DNA from: Chloroflexota bacterium
GTDB lineage: Bacteria; Chloroflexota; Anaerolineae; Aggregatilineales; J027
Length of the DNA: 64,000 nucleotides
Assembly (NCBI GenBank): GCA_024434115.1
Contig: QMIT01000009.1
Location: 150,165 to 214,164 of the forward strand
Direction: 5' to 3'
Part shown: in pieces, positions 1 to 9,281 of the stretch
How the letters are laid out: every line of letters starts with the position of its first letter
Position numbering within the stretch: the stretch's first letter is position 1
The notes under the pieces: model-generated
What the model was told of the DNA's origin: nothing
Databases searched by the model: none
The model's input: the letters and a program-made list of their open reading frames with translations, nothing else
Program-made: the position numbers and the translations under genes

Positions 1-25
1 CGAATTTCCGCCCATCAAGATCATT

Positions 26-1699
26 ATGCCGCAGAGCCAGTTGCCAACAGCGGTGTCTGCACCGTCGAAAGTCGCCTCACAACAAACCGTCGTGGTTGCT
101 CCCCCTCGCCAGCGCAAAAAATGGCCTTTGGCAGTAGGGGGTGTTGTCGTGTTGGCGGCGATTGCGGCGGTGGCAGCCTTCATTCTATTCGGCGGTCAAG
201 ATCAAAAGGATACCGAAGCGAGTGACGGTTCTGGCAGTGGGGATACATCCAACGAAATTGTGATACTCGACCCCGTGCCCGAAGGCGACATTATGGTGAT
301 TGTGGGGCAGATTGAACGGGTCGAGGGTGAGGAACGTCCGGTACTGCGCTTTGTGTTGGATGATCTGACCCAAGTGTTAGAGTCGGGCCAGCCGATTGCC
401 AAAGTGCATATTCGGGAATATCCCAATGTGATCCATTCCAATGCGGAGGCCCGCGCCATTGCCGAAGCGAACCATGCCCGCGTGATTATCTGGGGTAATT
501 ACGATGCCGATGTGGTGGAGTTGGAAGTGCAAATTGGGGCGGTAGACACGACCCTATTCCCGCGTGAGACGTTTGAAGAAATGTCAAATGTGCGGGTGCA
601 TCTCACCAATCCACGCCAAGAATCGGTTGCGCCACAGATAATGGGCATTCTGGCGACCTATAACAATCTGAGCGGCGAGAGCTTTAACTATGTCGTGCCG
701 ATGGTGATTTTGGATGATTTGAATGTCACCCCGGCGCAGGTGGTGGGGTCAACCGTCGGGGCTTATGTTCATCAGTATTACAGCACCTATTTTAGTGACC
801 CAGCCCGATCTGTTGAGGCGATCAATAAGGCAATCGCGCTGAATACGCGGAATGGGGTGCTGTATCAGTTAAGGGCGTTGGCCTATCAGCGGTTGGGCGA
901 TTCGGAAAATGTGATTAACGATGCGGAAACCGCCCAACGGCTTGGCCCAGCTACGTGGACTGGCCCGAATTTCCTGCTGGCGATGCAGGCGTTTATTCGA
1001 GATGACTTCCGCAAGACGATTGATTATCAAGATAAGGTGCTAGAGGTAAACCCGAAGGACTGGTTGGCGCTTACCTTCCGGGGATTGTCGTATTACATGC
1101 AGGGGCGGTATGACAAGGCCAGTGCAGATTATGCTTTGGCTTTGGCAGAACAACCTGAAACCAATTTCCCCTATGTCGTCAGCGCGTTGATTGCCCTGCG
1201 GACAGGGGACATCTCGACAGCATCGGAGCAGATTGAAACCGTCACCCAATTATTCCCTGACCCAGAGTTCTGGAATCGAGCCTCGTTTGGCATTATGGGC
1301 GAAACGTCGGGCACAGTTACGTCGTTTTACAGTCTGACCCTTTCGGCGTTTAGCGAAATGACGGTGGGGCAGTATGACGCGGCGATTCGGGACATTGAGC
1401 AGGCCTTAGCCATTCGTGATGATGTGGCAGACACCTATCTGTTTCAGGGAATTGCCTATTGCAGCAAGGGCGAGTATGACAACGCCCGTGATGCCTATAG
1501 CAAGGGTTTGGTGCTTGACCCCGATTACACCATTCTCTATCTGCTACGGGCCGAAGCCTATACCCGTGATGGCAATGTGGGGTTTGCGGTGCAAGATTAT
1601 TCGACGGCGCGCGGTACATCGGCATGGTCTCAATTTGAAGCCTATCTTGCCGAACATCCCGAAATGACGAGCGTCGGCTGTGAGGCGTTTTTCAATTAA
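26..1699 (+). CDS. Membrane-anchored TPR-repeat protein, probably 5'-truncated by the window edge
   Basis: Single TM segment (WPLAVGGVVVLAAIAAVAAFILFGG) followed by several TPR-like repeats (e.g. YQLRALAYQRLG, LTFRGLSYYMQG, YLFQGIAYCSKG). The reading frame is already open from nt 2. Confidence 0.75.
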   Translation: MPQSQLPTAVSAPSKVASQQTVVVAPPRQRKKWPLAVGGVVVLAAIAAVAAFILFGGQDQKDTEASDGSGSGDTSNEIVILDPVPEGDIMVIVGQIERVEGEERPVLRFVLDDLTQVLESGQPIAKVHIREYPNVIHSNAEARAIAEANHARVIIWGNYDADVVELEVQIGAVDTTLFPRETFEEMSNVRVHLTNPRQESVAPQIMGILATYNNLSGESFNYVVPMVILDDLNVTPAQVVGSTVGAYVHQYYSTYFSDPARSVEAINKAIALNTRNGVLYQLRALAYQRLGDSENVINDAETAQRLGPATWTGPNFLLAMQAFIRDDFRKTIDYQDKVLEVNPKDWLALTFRGLSYYMQGRYDKASADYALALAEQPETNFPYVVSALIALRTGDISTASEQIETVTQLFPDPEFWNRASFGIMGETSGTVTSFYSLTLSAFSEMTVGQYDAAIRDIEQALAIRDDVADTYLFQGIAYCSKGEYDNARDAYSKGLVLDPDYTILYLLRAEAYTRDGNVGFAVQDYSTARGTSAWSQFEAYLAEHPEMTSVGCEAFFN

Positions 1700-1730
1700 C
1701 TGCGAATGGCAACATCTGAATTGACTATCC

Positions 1731-1760
1731 GGCGAGAGGGGGCAACTCTCGCCTTTTTGT
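1731..1760 (+). terminator. Intrinsic terminator
   Basis: GGCGAGAG-7nt-CTCTCGCC followed by TTTTTGTTT, between convergent genes. Confidence 0.8.
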
Positions 1761-2249
1761 TTATTTGATGCCAAAATATTGGGTAGCCTGCTTGCGAATC
1801 ATTCCATAATAAGCCGCGCCCCAAATGGGGGTGGATTTGCGGCAGTGCAGTTTTTGGGTGGAGAGTTCCATCACCACCGGAAATTCATAGCTACCCCAAT
1901 GCGAGGGTTTGTACTTCTTGGTGATGAACTTGAGGACATCTGGGGGAACAGTTTCGGTAATAATCAGCGGATAGGCGATAATGGCAGTGGCACGGGTGGA
2001 GATACGTGAAGTTTTTTTGTGCTGCTTGGCGAACTCGAAGGCTTGCTGGCTATACTGCTCAATGGCTTCCGGGGTGAGGTTGCCACGTAGAGCCGTGATA
2101 AAACAAAAGACCTCGTTTTGCATTTTGCGATTGGGACGCACAATCTGATGATACAGCATCGTGCGCGGAAGGCTGGTTTCGATTTGATGAAAGCCGACTT
2201 TGGACAGCTTGCCCCGCACAAAATCCACATATTCATTGAGCAACATCAC
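1761..2249 (-). CDS. Uncharacterised protein (162 aa)
   Basis: ORF with AGGAG RBS; C-terminal SHWGSYEFPV..TPIWGAAYY looks like a conserved block. Confidence 0.65.
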   Translation of the reverse strand: MMLLNEYVDFVRGKLSKVGFHQIETSLPRTMLYHQIVRPNRKMQNEVFCFITALRGNLTPEAIEQYSQQAFEFAKQHKKTSRISTRATAIIAYPLIITETVPPDVLKFITKKYKPSHWGSYEFPVVMELSTQKLHCRKSTPIWGAAYYGMIRKQATQYFGIK

Positions 2250-2377
2250 ATTTACTCCTGTGTGAAAGTTAGGGCAATTTAAATTTTAGCGTATTCCCTG
2301 AATTCAAAGGGGTGATAGATTGTGTTAAAATCACTCCCCTATGGTACTTTTTTGCCCCTTGTGGGAGGTTAATTTCG

Positions 2378-3289
2378 ATGCGCCATTTTTTGGATTTGGC
2401 TGATTGGTCATCAGAAGAATTGATGCGGCTGATAGAAGAAGCCGTCTTCTTGAAAAAAGAATTTCGGACGGGCGGCAACCGTCCAATTTTGCAGGGCAAG
2501 TCGTTGGCGATGGTGTTCCAGAAGCCCTCGCTGCGTACCCGCGTCAGCTTTGAAATGGGGATGCAGCAGTTGGGGGGCTATGCGCTGTACATCAGCCCGA
2601 ACGAAATCGGGTTAGGTAAACGTGAATCCATTGCGGATGTGGCCCGTGTGTTGGGGGGCTATGTCAATGGGGTCATGGCGCGGGTATTTGCCCATGAACA
2701 TGTCACCGAACTCGCCAAATGGTCGCCCGTGCCGATTATCAATGGCCTGAGCGATTACAATCATCCCTGCCAAGCAATGGCCGATGTGCTGACGATTTAT
2801 GAAGAATTTGGTCAACTGCGCGGTCTGGCTGTCGTCTATCTGGGGGACAGCAACAACGTGACGCGCTCATTATTGATTGCCGCCGCTAAATTTGGGTTTA
2901 AGATGGTGGTCAGCAGCCCAGAGGGGTATTCGCTGGATCAAGAAGTGATTGCGAAGGCGCGTGGGATGGCGGGTTATGAAGTCGTACAACTGATTACCGA
3001 TCCGCAAGAAGCGGTGCGAAATGCGGATGTGATTTATACCGATACATGGACAAGCATGGGGCAGGAAGAAGAAGCCGAACAACGCCGCAAGATTTTCCCA
3101 CCCTATCAGGTCAATTATCCACTGCTGCAAATGGCCCCCTCGCATACTATTGTCATGCACTGTTTACCTGCCCATCGAGGGGAAGAGATCACTGATTCGG
3201 TGGCGGATGGCCCACAATCGCGTTTGTTCCCACAGGCTGAAAATCGCCTGCACGCCCAAAAAGCCATCTTGGTTCAACTTCTGCGCTAA
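2378..3289 (+). CDS. argF: Ornithine carbamoyltransferase
   Basis: PSLRTRVSF carbamoyl-phosphate site, [20 protein letters not shown]; GGGAGG RBS before ATG at 2378. Confidence 0.97.
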   Translation: MRHFLDLADWSSEELMRLIEEAVFLKKEFRTGGNRPILQGKSLAMVFQKPSLRTRVSFEMGMQQLGGYALYISPNEIGLGKRESIADVARVLGGYVNGVMARVFAHEHVTELAKWSPVPIINGLSDYNHPCQAMADVLTIYEEFGQLRGLAVVYLGDSNNVTRSLLIAAAKFGFKMVVSSPEGYSLDQEVIAKARGMAGYEVVQLITDPQEAVRNADVIYTDTWTSMGQEEEAEQRRKIFPPYQVNYPLLQMAPSHTIVMHCLPAHRGEEITDSVADGPQSRLFPQAENRLHAQKAILVQLLR

Positions 3290-3304
3290 AAATTTCCATT
3301 TGTT

Positions 3305-3487
3305 GGGCGGTGGCTTATGCTCTTTAACTTCGGTAAATCGTCCCCATCCCCTAGCCCCTTCCCCATCGCAATGAGGAAGGGGGATACCTTGAATATAGGC
3401 TTTACCCCCTTCCCTAATGCTTTGGGGAGGGGTTGGGGGTGGGGATGGTCATTGTCGGATTATTTCGTTAAACATCATAAGCCGCCC
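3305..3487. repeat. Inverted pair of BoxC/REP-like elements inside an outer inverted repeat
   Basis: Unit at 3342-3384 and an inverted unit at 3404-3447 (C-tracts plus CCCCTTCC..GGAAGGGG hairpin); outer arms GGGCGGtgGCTTATG (3305-3319) and CATAAGCCGCCC (3476-3487). Confidence 0.7.
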
Positions 3488-3509
3488 TTTTAAGAAAGCA
3501 TAATTCAAT

Positions 3510-4667
3510 ATGAGCAGCATTGTTGTTCGTAAAGTCGAAAACAAATCGAATTACAAAGATTTTTTTGAATTTCCATGGACAGTGTATAAAGACAATCCCT
3601 ATTGGGTGCCGCCACTGAAATCGGTACGCAAACATCTGCTTGACCGCGAACATGATGCGTCGTGGGAATACATGGAGGGTGATTTTTTTGTCGCCTATAA
3701 AGATGGCACACCCGCCGGGACGATAGCTGCGTTTATCAATCATCGCCATAACGAAACGTGGAATGAAAAAGTGGGATGGTTTGGGGCATTTGAGTTTATA
3801 GACGATCCAGCGGTTTCAAAGGCGCTTTTGACAGCAGCGGAAGATTATATCAAAGGCAAGGGCTATGATGCGATTCGTGGTCCGGTCAACTTCAATCTCA
3901 ATGGTGAGGTCGGCGTGCTGTTGGATTCGTATGACCGGATGCCAATGATCTTGATGCCGTATAATATGGCCTACTATCCACAACATTATGAGCAGGCGGG
4001 GTATGTCAAAGCGAAAGATGTCATCACATGGGCAGGTAACAAGGCCACATTAGGATTGGAAGGCGGCATCATCCCCGAACGGTTGGTGCGTGTAGTAGAA
4101 AAGAACAACCAGCGGCGTGAAATTACGGTGCGGGCCGGAAATCGGAAAACCATCCATGAAGATTTCCAGATTATCTATGAATTATACAACACCGCATGGA
4201 AGGATAATTGGGGGTTTGTGCCGCTAACCAAACGTGAACTGGATGCGCTGATTCGGGATTTGAAACAGTTCTATGTCCCGGAGATCACATTTTTTGCGTT
4301 TGTGAAGGGCAATCCTGCCGGGTTTGTCCTAGCCGTGCCGAATATGAACCAACCGATTCACAAAGCCTATCCGCGTCCGGGTGTGCCGGAAATCGTGAGC
4401 CTGTTGAAAATCCTGTGGCATTGGAAAATTCGCCCAGTGATTACCGAGGCCCGTACCCCGTTAATGGGCGTGAAAGAAGAGTATCGCGGAATTGGAGTAG
4501 ACGGCGCGATTTTGCTACACCTCTTTAGCATGGTGCATAAGACCAAGTATTCCTTTTATGAAGGTGGGTGGGTCTTGGAAGATAACGAGGATGTCAACAT
4601 CATGACCCGCAATTATCAAGCCTATGTAGATCGCCGCTATCGCATTTACGAGAAAGCCTTGAAATAA
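3510..4667 (+). CDS. YghO-like GNAT-family N-acyltransferase
   Basis: WVPPL, GWFGAFE, IRGPVN, MPYNMAYY, NWGFVPLT, GVKEEYRGIG and WVLEDN motifs, typical of this double-GNAT family. Confidence 0.8.
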   Translation: MSSIVVRKVENKSNYKDFFEFPWTVYKDNPYWVPPLKSVRKHLLDREHDASWEYMEGDFFVAYKDGTPAGTIAAFINHRHNETWNEKVGWFGAFEFIDDPAVSKALLTAAEDYIKGKGYDAIRGPVNFNLNGEVGVLLDSYDRMPMILMPYNMAYYPQHYEQAGYVKAKDVITWAGNKATLGLEGGIIPERLVRVVEKNNQRREITVRAGNRKTIHEDFQIIYELYNTAWKDNWGFVPLTKRELDALIRDLKQFYVPEITFFAFVKGNPAGFVLAVPNMNQPIHKAYPRPGVPEIVSLLKILWHWKIRPVITEARTPLMGVKEEYRGIGVDGAILLHLFSMVHKTKYSFYEGGWVLEDNEDVNIMTRNYQAYVDRRYRIYEKALK

Positions 4668-4688
4668 GCATCGTAGAGAACTGAACCT

Positions 4689-6584
4689 ATGAGCAGCTAT
4701 ACCCCACCCGAAAATATCCAAGAGATTCTGAATAACCTGCCAACCAGCCCCGGCGTCTATCAAATGTTTGACCGCAAGGGCACGATTATTTACATTGGCA
4801 AGGCCAAAAATCTGCGGAATCGAGTACGCTCCTATTTTCAACCCGGCAATGTGCAGACCAAAGTGCAGCGCATTCGTGAACGGGTGGTGGATATCAAAAT
4901 TATTGTGTTGGAGGATGAAGTGGCCGCGCTGACCGCCGAGGCCCAACTGATTCGCCATCACAAGCCGCGCTATAACGTCATCTGGAAAGATGATAAACGC
5001 TACCCATATATCATGATTCGCACCCGCGACCCCTTCCCGAAAGTGCTGACAACCCGACAGGTCAATCGTAAGGATGGCAATCGCTATTTTGGGCCATATT
5101 CGAGCAGCTATGCCATTCGCTTGATGTTGGATGCCCTGCGAAAAGCCTTCCCCTATCTGACATGTGACCGTGATATTACGGGGCAAGATGCGCGGGCCTG
5201 TTTGTATTACGACATCAAAATGTGCGGCGGGCCGTGTATCGGGGCACAAAATCAAGCCGAATACCGCGAATCCATCAATGGCCTAATCCGGGTGTTGGAA
5301 GGCAAGGCGCAGGATGTTTTGAAAGAACTGCAAACGCAAATGGAGGGGGCGGCGGAAAATCTGAATTTTGAACGGGCGGCGGTGCTGCGTGACCGGATTC
5401 AGGCGATTGAACGAGTGACGAATTTTCAATATCGTATCGCCGATTATGGGGCGGATCAGGATGTCATTGGCATTGCCCAAGATGACATGGGTGTGGCAAT
5501 GATGGCCTTGTTTGCCATTCGCTCCGGCAATATGGTTGGCAGCGAGACTTTCCCACTGGTGAATATTGAGGATGAAGAGACACCCGAAATCATCGCAAGT
5601 TTCCTGATCCAGTATTATGAAGAGGCCTATGAGATTCCGCCGGAGATTTTCTTGCCTGTTGAAGTGCCAGACACCCCGACGCTGGAAAAATGGCTGAGTG
5701 AAAAGCGCAACGGGCGGGGGAAGGTTTCGTTAAAAGTGCCGCAGCGGGGTGAGAAAAAGGCGCTGGTCAAACAAGCGTCCGAAACGGCTGCCGAACAACT
5801 CAATATATTCCAAATCCGCCAAGCCAAAGATACCGTCAAACAAGAGGCTGGACTGCGCGAACTGCAAGAGGCCCTGAAATTGGAGAATCCGCCGACCCGC
5901 ATGGAGTGTTATGACATCAGTACGCTGCAAGGCACGAATACCGTAGCAAGCAGGGTGGTATTTGTACAGGGCACGCCGCAAAAAAGTGAGTATCGCAAAT
6001 TCAATATCCGCTCGATTGCGCATGAAGGGCCGGACGATTATCAATCTATGCGGGAGACACTGACCCGCCGCTTTAAACGCTATATCGAGTCGGTGGAAAA
6101 TCCCGAAGCCCTCGCCCCCGGTAAAGTGGATAAGGACGAGACATGGCGCCTGCTGCCCGATTTGCTGATTATTGACGGCGGCAAGGGGCAGTTGGGGGTG
6201 GCGGTGGAGGTACTCAAGGAGTTTGAGCTAATCGAGCATATTCCGGTGATTGGGCTTGCCAAGCGGTTTGAGGAAGTTTATCTACCCGACGAAGCCGAGC
6301 CGATTATTTTGCCGCGCAAGAGTGAGGGGCTGTATTTGTTGCAGCGGATTCGGGATGAGGCCCATCGCTTTGCCATTACCGCCCATCGCACACAACGGCA
6401 GCGTAAGGGCGTGATGAGCCGCTTAGAGGCTGTACCGGGGATTGGGCCATCGAAACGCAAGGCTTTGCTCAAAGCCTTTAACAATGATATTGAAGCCATT
6501 CGCGGGGCGAGTATCGAAGAACTCATAGCGGTGGCAGGTATTACCGCTAAATTGGCAGAACAAATCAAGGCGACACTGGATTAG
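4689..6584 (+). CDS. uvrC: Excinuclease ABC subunit C
   Basis: GIY-YIG domain (YIGKAKNLRNRVRSYF), UVR domain (FERAAVLRD), PDLLIIDGGKGQL, RIRDEAHRFA, C-terminal HhH. Confidence 0.97.
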   Translation: MSSYTPPENIQEILNNLPTSPGVYQMFDRKGTIIYIGKAKNLRNRVRSYFQPGNVQTKVQRIRERVVDIKIIVLEDEVAALTAEAQLIRHHKPRYNVIWKDDKRYPYIMIRTRDPFPKVLTTRQVNRKDGNRYFGPYSSSYAIRLMLDALRKAFPYLTCDRDITGQDARACLYYDIKMCGGPCIGAQNQAEYRESINGLIRVLEGKAQDVLKELQTQMEGAAENLNFERAAVLRDRIQAIERVTNFQYRIADYGADQDVIGIAQDDMGVAMMALFAIRSGNMVGSETFPLVNIEDEETPEIIASFLIQYYEEAYEIPPEIFLPVEVPDTPTLEKWLSEKRNGRGKVSLKVPQRGEKKALVKQASETAAEQLNIFQIRQAKDTVKQEAGLRELQEALKLENPPTRMECYDISTLQGTNTVASRVVFVQGTPQKSEYRKFNIRSIAHEGPDDYQSMRETLTRRFKRYIESVENPEALAPGKVDKDETWRLLPDLLIIDGGKGQLGVAVEVLKEFELIEHIPVIGLAKRFEEVYLPDEAEPIILPRKSEGLYLLQRIRDEAHRFAITAHRTQRQRKGVMSRLEAVPGIGPSKRKALLKAFNNDIEAIRGASIEELIAVAGITAKLAEQIKATLD

Positions 6585-6588
6585 GACT

Positions 6589-7179
6589 ATGCCCATTACC
6601 AATCGTTTGCTTGAACGGCCTCTCAATCGTATCGCTGCCATTCCCGGATGGGCCACGCTCAATGATTGGTTTGAACTATTGACGTGTGACCCACGAGCAA
6701 CCCCGTTAGTTGATTTTGGACGGGAAGCCCCTTTGATGCGGGTCGGGGTGACGGCGCTGAATTGGTTTTTGATGGATATGTTGGGCCTACGGGCACAATG
6801 GTATGATGGTGGTTGGGAACGCCGCGAAGAAGTGTGGCTACTGATTAACCCCTTGCGCTATCGTATTTTGGGCCATCAACCGCGCCGACCTTATGCACTG
6901 GATGTACGCGATTATCTACGCAAAATTGCCCCACATGTGTTAAACGAAAGCCTCTCCGAACATGCCTATTTCGCTTGTGCCCCCACGATATTTCGAGATG
7001 AGGTAGATGATGGGCAGGCCGAAATATTGGCGGGTCGTGCCCCTTGGGGTCGAATCGCGGTACTCGATAAAACCGATGCCGTTGTTGGGATGGTGTGTGG
7101 GATTGGGCCAACCACGATGTCCCTCCCGCCGATTTTGAAACCAACTTGCTCGTGTGGTGGTGTAACCTATTCAACATGA
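6589..7179 (+). CDS. Hypothetical protein (196 aa)
   Basis: Starts 4 nt after the uvrC stop; its stop overlaps the next ATG (ATGA), which suggests translational coupling. Confidence 0.65.
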   Translation: MPITNRLLERPLNRIAAIPGWATLNDWFELLTCDPRATPLVDFGREAPLMRVGVTALNWFLMDMLGLRAQWYDGGWERREEVWLLINPLRYRILGHQPRRPYALDVRDYLRKIAPHVLNESLSEHAYFACAPTIFRDEVDDGQAEILAGRAPWGRIAVLDKTDAVVGMVCGIGPTTMSLPPILKPTCSCGGVTYST

Positions 7180-8291
7180 TAACCCCGACATGGATTACCG
7201 ACCCGCAGGAGTGGAATACGCGCCTGCAAACCCTACCCAACGCCCACATTTTACAATCGTGGGAGTGGGGGGAGTTTAAACATCGCACGACTGGCTGGAC
7301 CCGTGAACGTATTTTTTATCACAACGAAGCAGGCGAATTGGTGGCAGGGGCGAGCTTGCTCACCCGTCGTATCGGCCCACTGCAAGTCCTTTATGTTCCC
7401 AAAGGGCCAATCTTCCGCGATCTTGAATTGACGACCCTCGCGCCTGTGTTGGAGCACTTGCAGGGGTTGGCCCGCCAACGCTTGGCGATCTGGCTAAAAA
7501 TTGACCCGGATGTGGTTGTCGCAACAGGCCTCCCCGATAATACCACCCCGGAACACCCCAATATTCCTGATGCACAGGGACAGGCGATCCAGAGTTATCT
7601 CCAACAAAAGAAGTGGCGTTTTAGTGCCAGCCAAGTTCAGTTTCGCAACACGATGCTGCTAGATTTAACACGCTCCGAAGATGAGCTACTGGCGGGGATG
7701 AATCAATCCACCCGTCGCAAAATTCGCCTTGCCGAAAAAGGCGGAGTGACAGTGCGAACGACCAGCGACGAGGCCGATTTACGCACATTGTATGACATCT
7801 ATGCAGTAACGGGTCAGCGGCAGGGTTTTACCACACGCCCGTATGACTATTATCTTGATTTGTGGAAGACCATGCTGGCTGGTGGTTTTGCACAAGTTTT
7901 CATGGCTGAAGCGGAACGAAAAGCGCTGGCTGGGGTTATTGTGTTCAGATTTTCACAAACGGCGTGGTATTTCTATGGCATGTCCTCCAATGAAAGCCGC
8001 GATTTGCAGCCAACCTATGCCCTGCAATGGGCCGCAATCCGCTGGGCCAAAGCTCAGGGCTGCACGGTTTATGATTGGTGGGGAGCACCGAATGAATTTT
8101 CCGAAGCCGACCCAATGTGGGGGGTCTATCGGTTTAAAGAGGGGTTTGGGGGAACGATTACGCGGCATATCGGCGCATGGGACAGTATCCCTTATCCTCC
8201 CCTATATTGGGCCTATGAACAAGCTGTTCCGCTTATGATTGGGTTTTTGCGGCGACGGTCAGCCACCAATCGCAGTCAAACAACGGAATGA
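7176..8291 (+). CDS. FemAB/FemX-family tRNA-dependent peptidyltransferase (lipid II aminoacyltransferase-like)
   Basis: HILQSWEWGEFK, YVPKGP, LKIDP, TRRKIR, LQWAAIRWAK, YDWWG, GVYRFKEGFGG; ATG at 7176. Confidence 0.9.
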   Translation: MITPTWITDPQEWNTRLQTLPNAHILQSWEWGEFKHRTTGWTRERIFYHNEAGELVAGASLLTRRIGPLQVLYVPKGPIFRDLELTTLAPVLEHLQGLARQRLAIWLKIDPDVVVATGLPDNTTPEHPNIPDAQGQAIQSYLQQKKWRFSASQVQFRNTMLLDLTRSEDELLAGMNQSTRRKIRLAEKGGVTVRTTSDEADLRTLYDIYAVTGQRQGFTTRPYDYYLDLWKTMLAGGFAQVFMAEAERKALAGVIVFRFSQTAWYFYGMSSNESRDLQPTYALQWAAIRWAKAQGCTVYDWWGAPNEFSEADPMWGVYRFKEGFGGTITRHIGAWDSIPYPPLYWAYEQAVPLMIGFLRRRSATNRSQTTE

Positions 8292-8300
8292 GGTAGGCAA

Positions 8301-8777
8301 TTGACCGAATCAACACACATGAGACTTGTGTCACAGACACAATGGCCGCTCTGGATTAAGATTTACGCCGTTCTCTTGGGCGGGCCGATGGTGGGCGTTT
8401 GTGCGGGGCTGGCGGTTTGGATTTTTTCCAGCCAATTTGGTGGCCTACTAGACGATGCCGATCCGACAGCGACCCTCTTATTGATGATTGCCTCGGCGAT
8501 GCTGTTGGGCTTGGGGGCCTATCTGTTTTTTAGCGGCGTGTGGAGTGTGGTCAATAATCGGCGCGATGCCGTACTGATGGCAGCCACCGGGCATTTGATT
8601 GTGGCTGGGCCAGCGATTACCTTGCTGTCGGTAGATTTTTTCCGCAATCAGGAACGTTTTGTCAACGATCTGGTTAGCGCAACGGCAAATGGGTTTGCCG
8701 GAACTGAATTTCGGTTGCTGGCGTGGGTCATTTTTAACATCTATTGGGCGCTCATTTTGTCACTGGCAGATCAGTGA
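8301..8777 (+). CDS. Hypothetical integral membrane protein (about 4 TM)
   Basis: Four hydrophobic segments; GAGG RBS before TTG. Confidence 0.65.
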   Translation: MTESTHMRLVSQTQWPLWIKIYAVLLGGPMVGVCAGLAVWIFSSQFGGLLDDADPTATLLLMIASAMLLGLGAYLFFSGVWSVVNNRRDAVLMAATGHLIVAGPAITLLSVDFFRNQERFVNDLVSATANGFAGTEFRLLAWVIFNIYWALILSLADQ

Positions 8778-8819
8778 CCAATGTGATTTTCGTTTTTAGT
8801 ACCGAGGGAGGAAAACTCA

Positions 8820-9269
8820 ATGGCAGAACAACAATCGAAGCCATCATCGTTTAAGTTATCTGAAGATTGGTTAGCCACTATTGTTGGACTAATCATTGTA
8901 TTGATCGTTGGGGTTGGCGTGCTTGGCCCCGGCCCACAAACCGCCAAACTTACTACTGCCGCTGGTGAAAGCACGGGTCTGGAAGTTTTGGCACGGGATG
9001 ATTGGAAGATTACGGCGACGGTTGGGGGGGAGAAATTCAAGATTGCTGCTCCATATACCAACCTTGAGTCGGGCAAGACCTATGCCTATGAATGTCGGGA
9101 TGGACAGATTCTCCCACTGGCCGAAGCCGTAGATACAGCCACGCGCGAAGATGAGGATAAAGCCTATATCAGCTTGCTCAACAACTGCGATGCAAAAGTT
9201 GTACTGACCTATCAAACTGATTTGGCGATTCGCTGGCCCGTTTTTGGCTTATTTACGGAATCGAAATAG
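8820..9269 (+). CDS. Hypothetical membrane-anchored protein, partner of the YeiH transporter
   Basis: SEDWLATIVGLIIVLIV TM segment; GAGGGAG RBS. Confidence 0.7.
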   Translation: MAEQQSKPSSFKLSEDWLATIVGLIIVLIVGVGVLGPGPQTAKLTTAAGESTGLEVLARDDWKITATVGGEKFKIAAPYTNLESGKTYAYECRDGQILPLAEAVDTATREDEDKAYISLLNNCDAKVVLTYQTDLAIRWPVFGLFTESK

Positions 9270-9281
9270 GGGGAATTTAAA

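Noticed and set aside
2270-2340. ARG box upstream of argF
   Set aside because: Only a partial TGAATTCA; no 18-bp tandem palindrome
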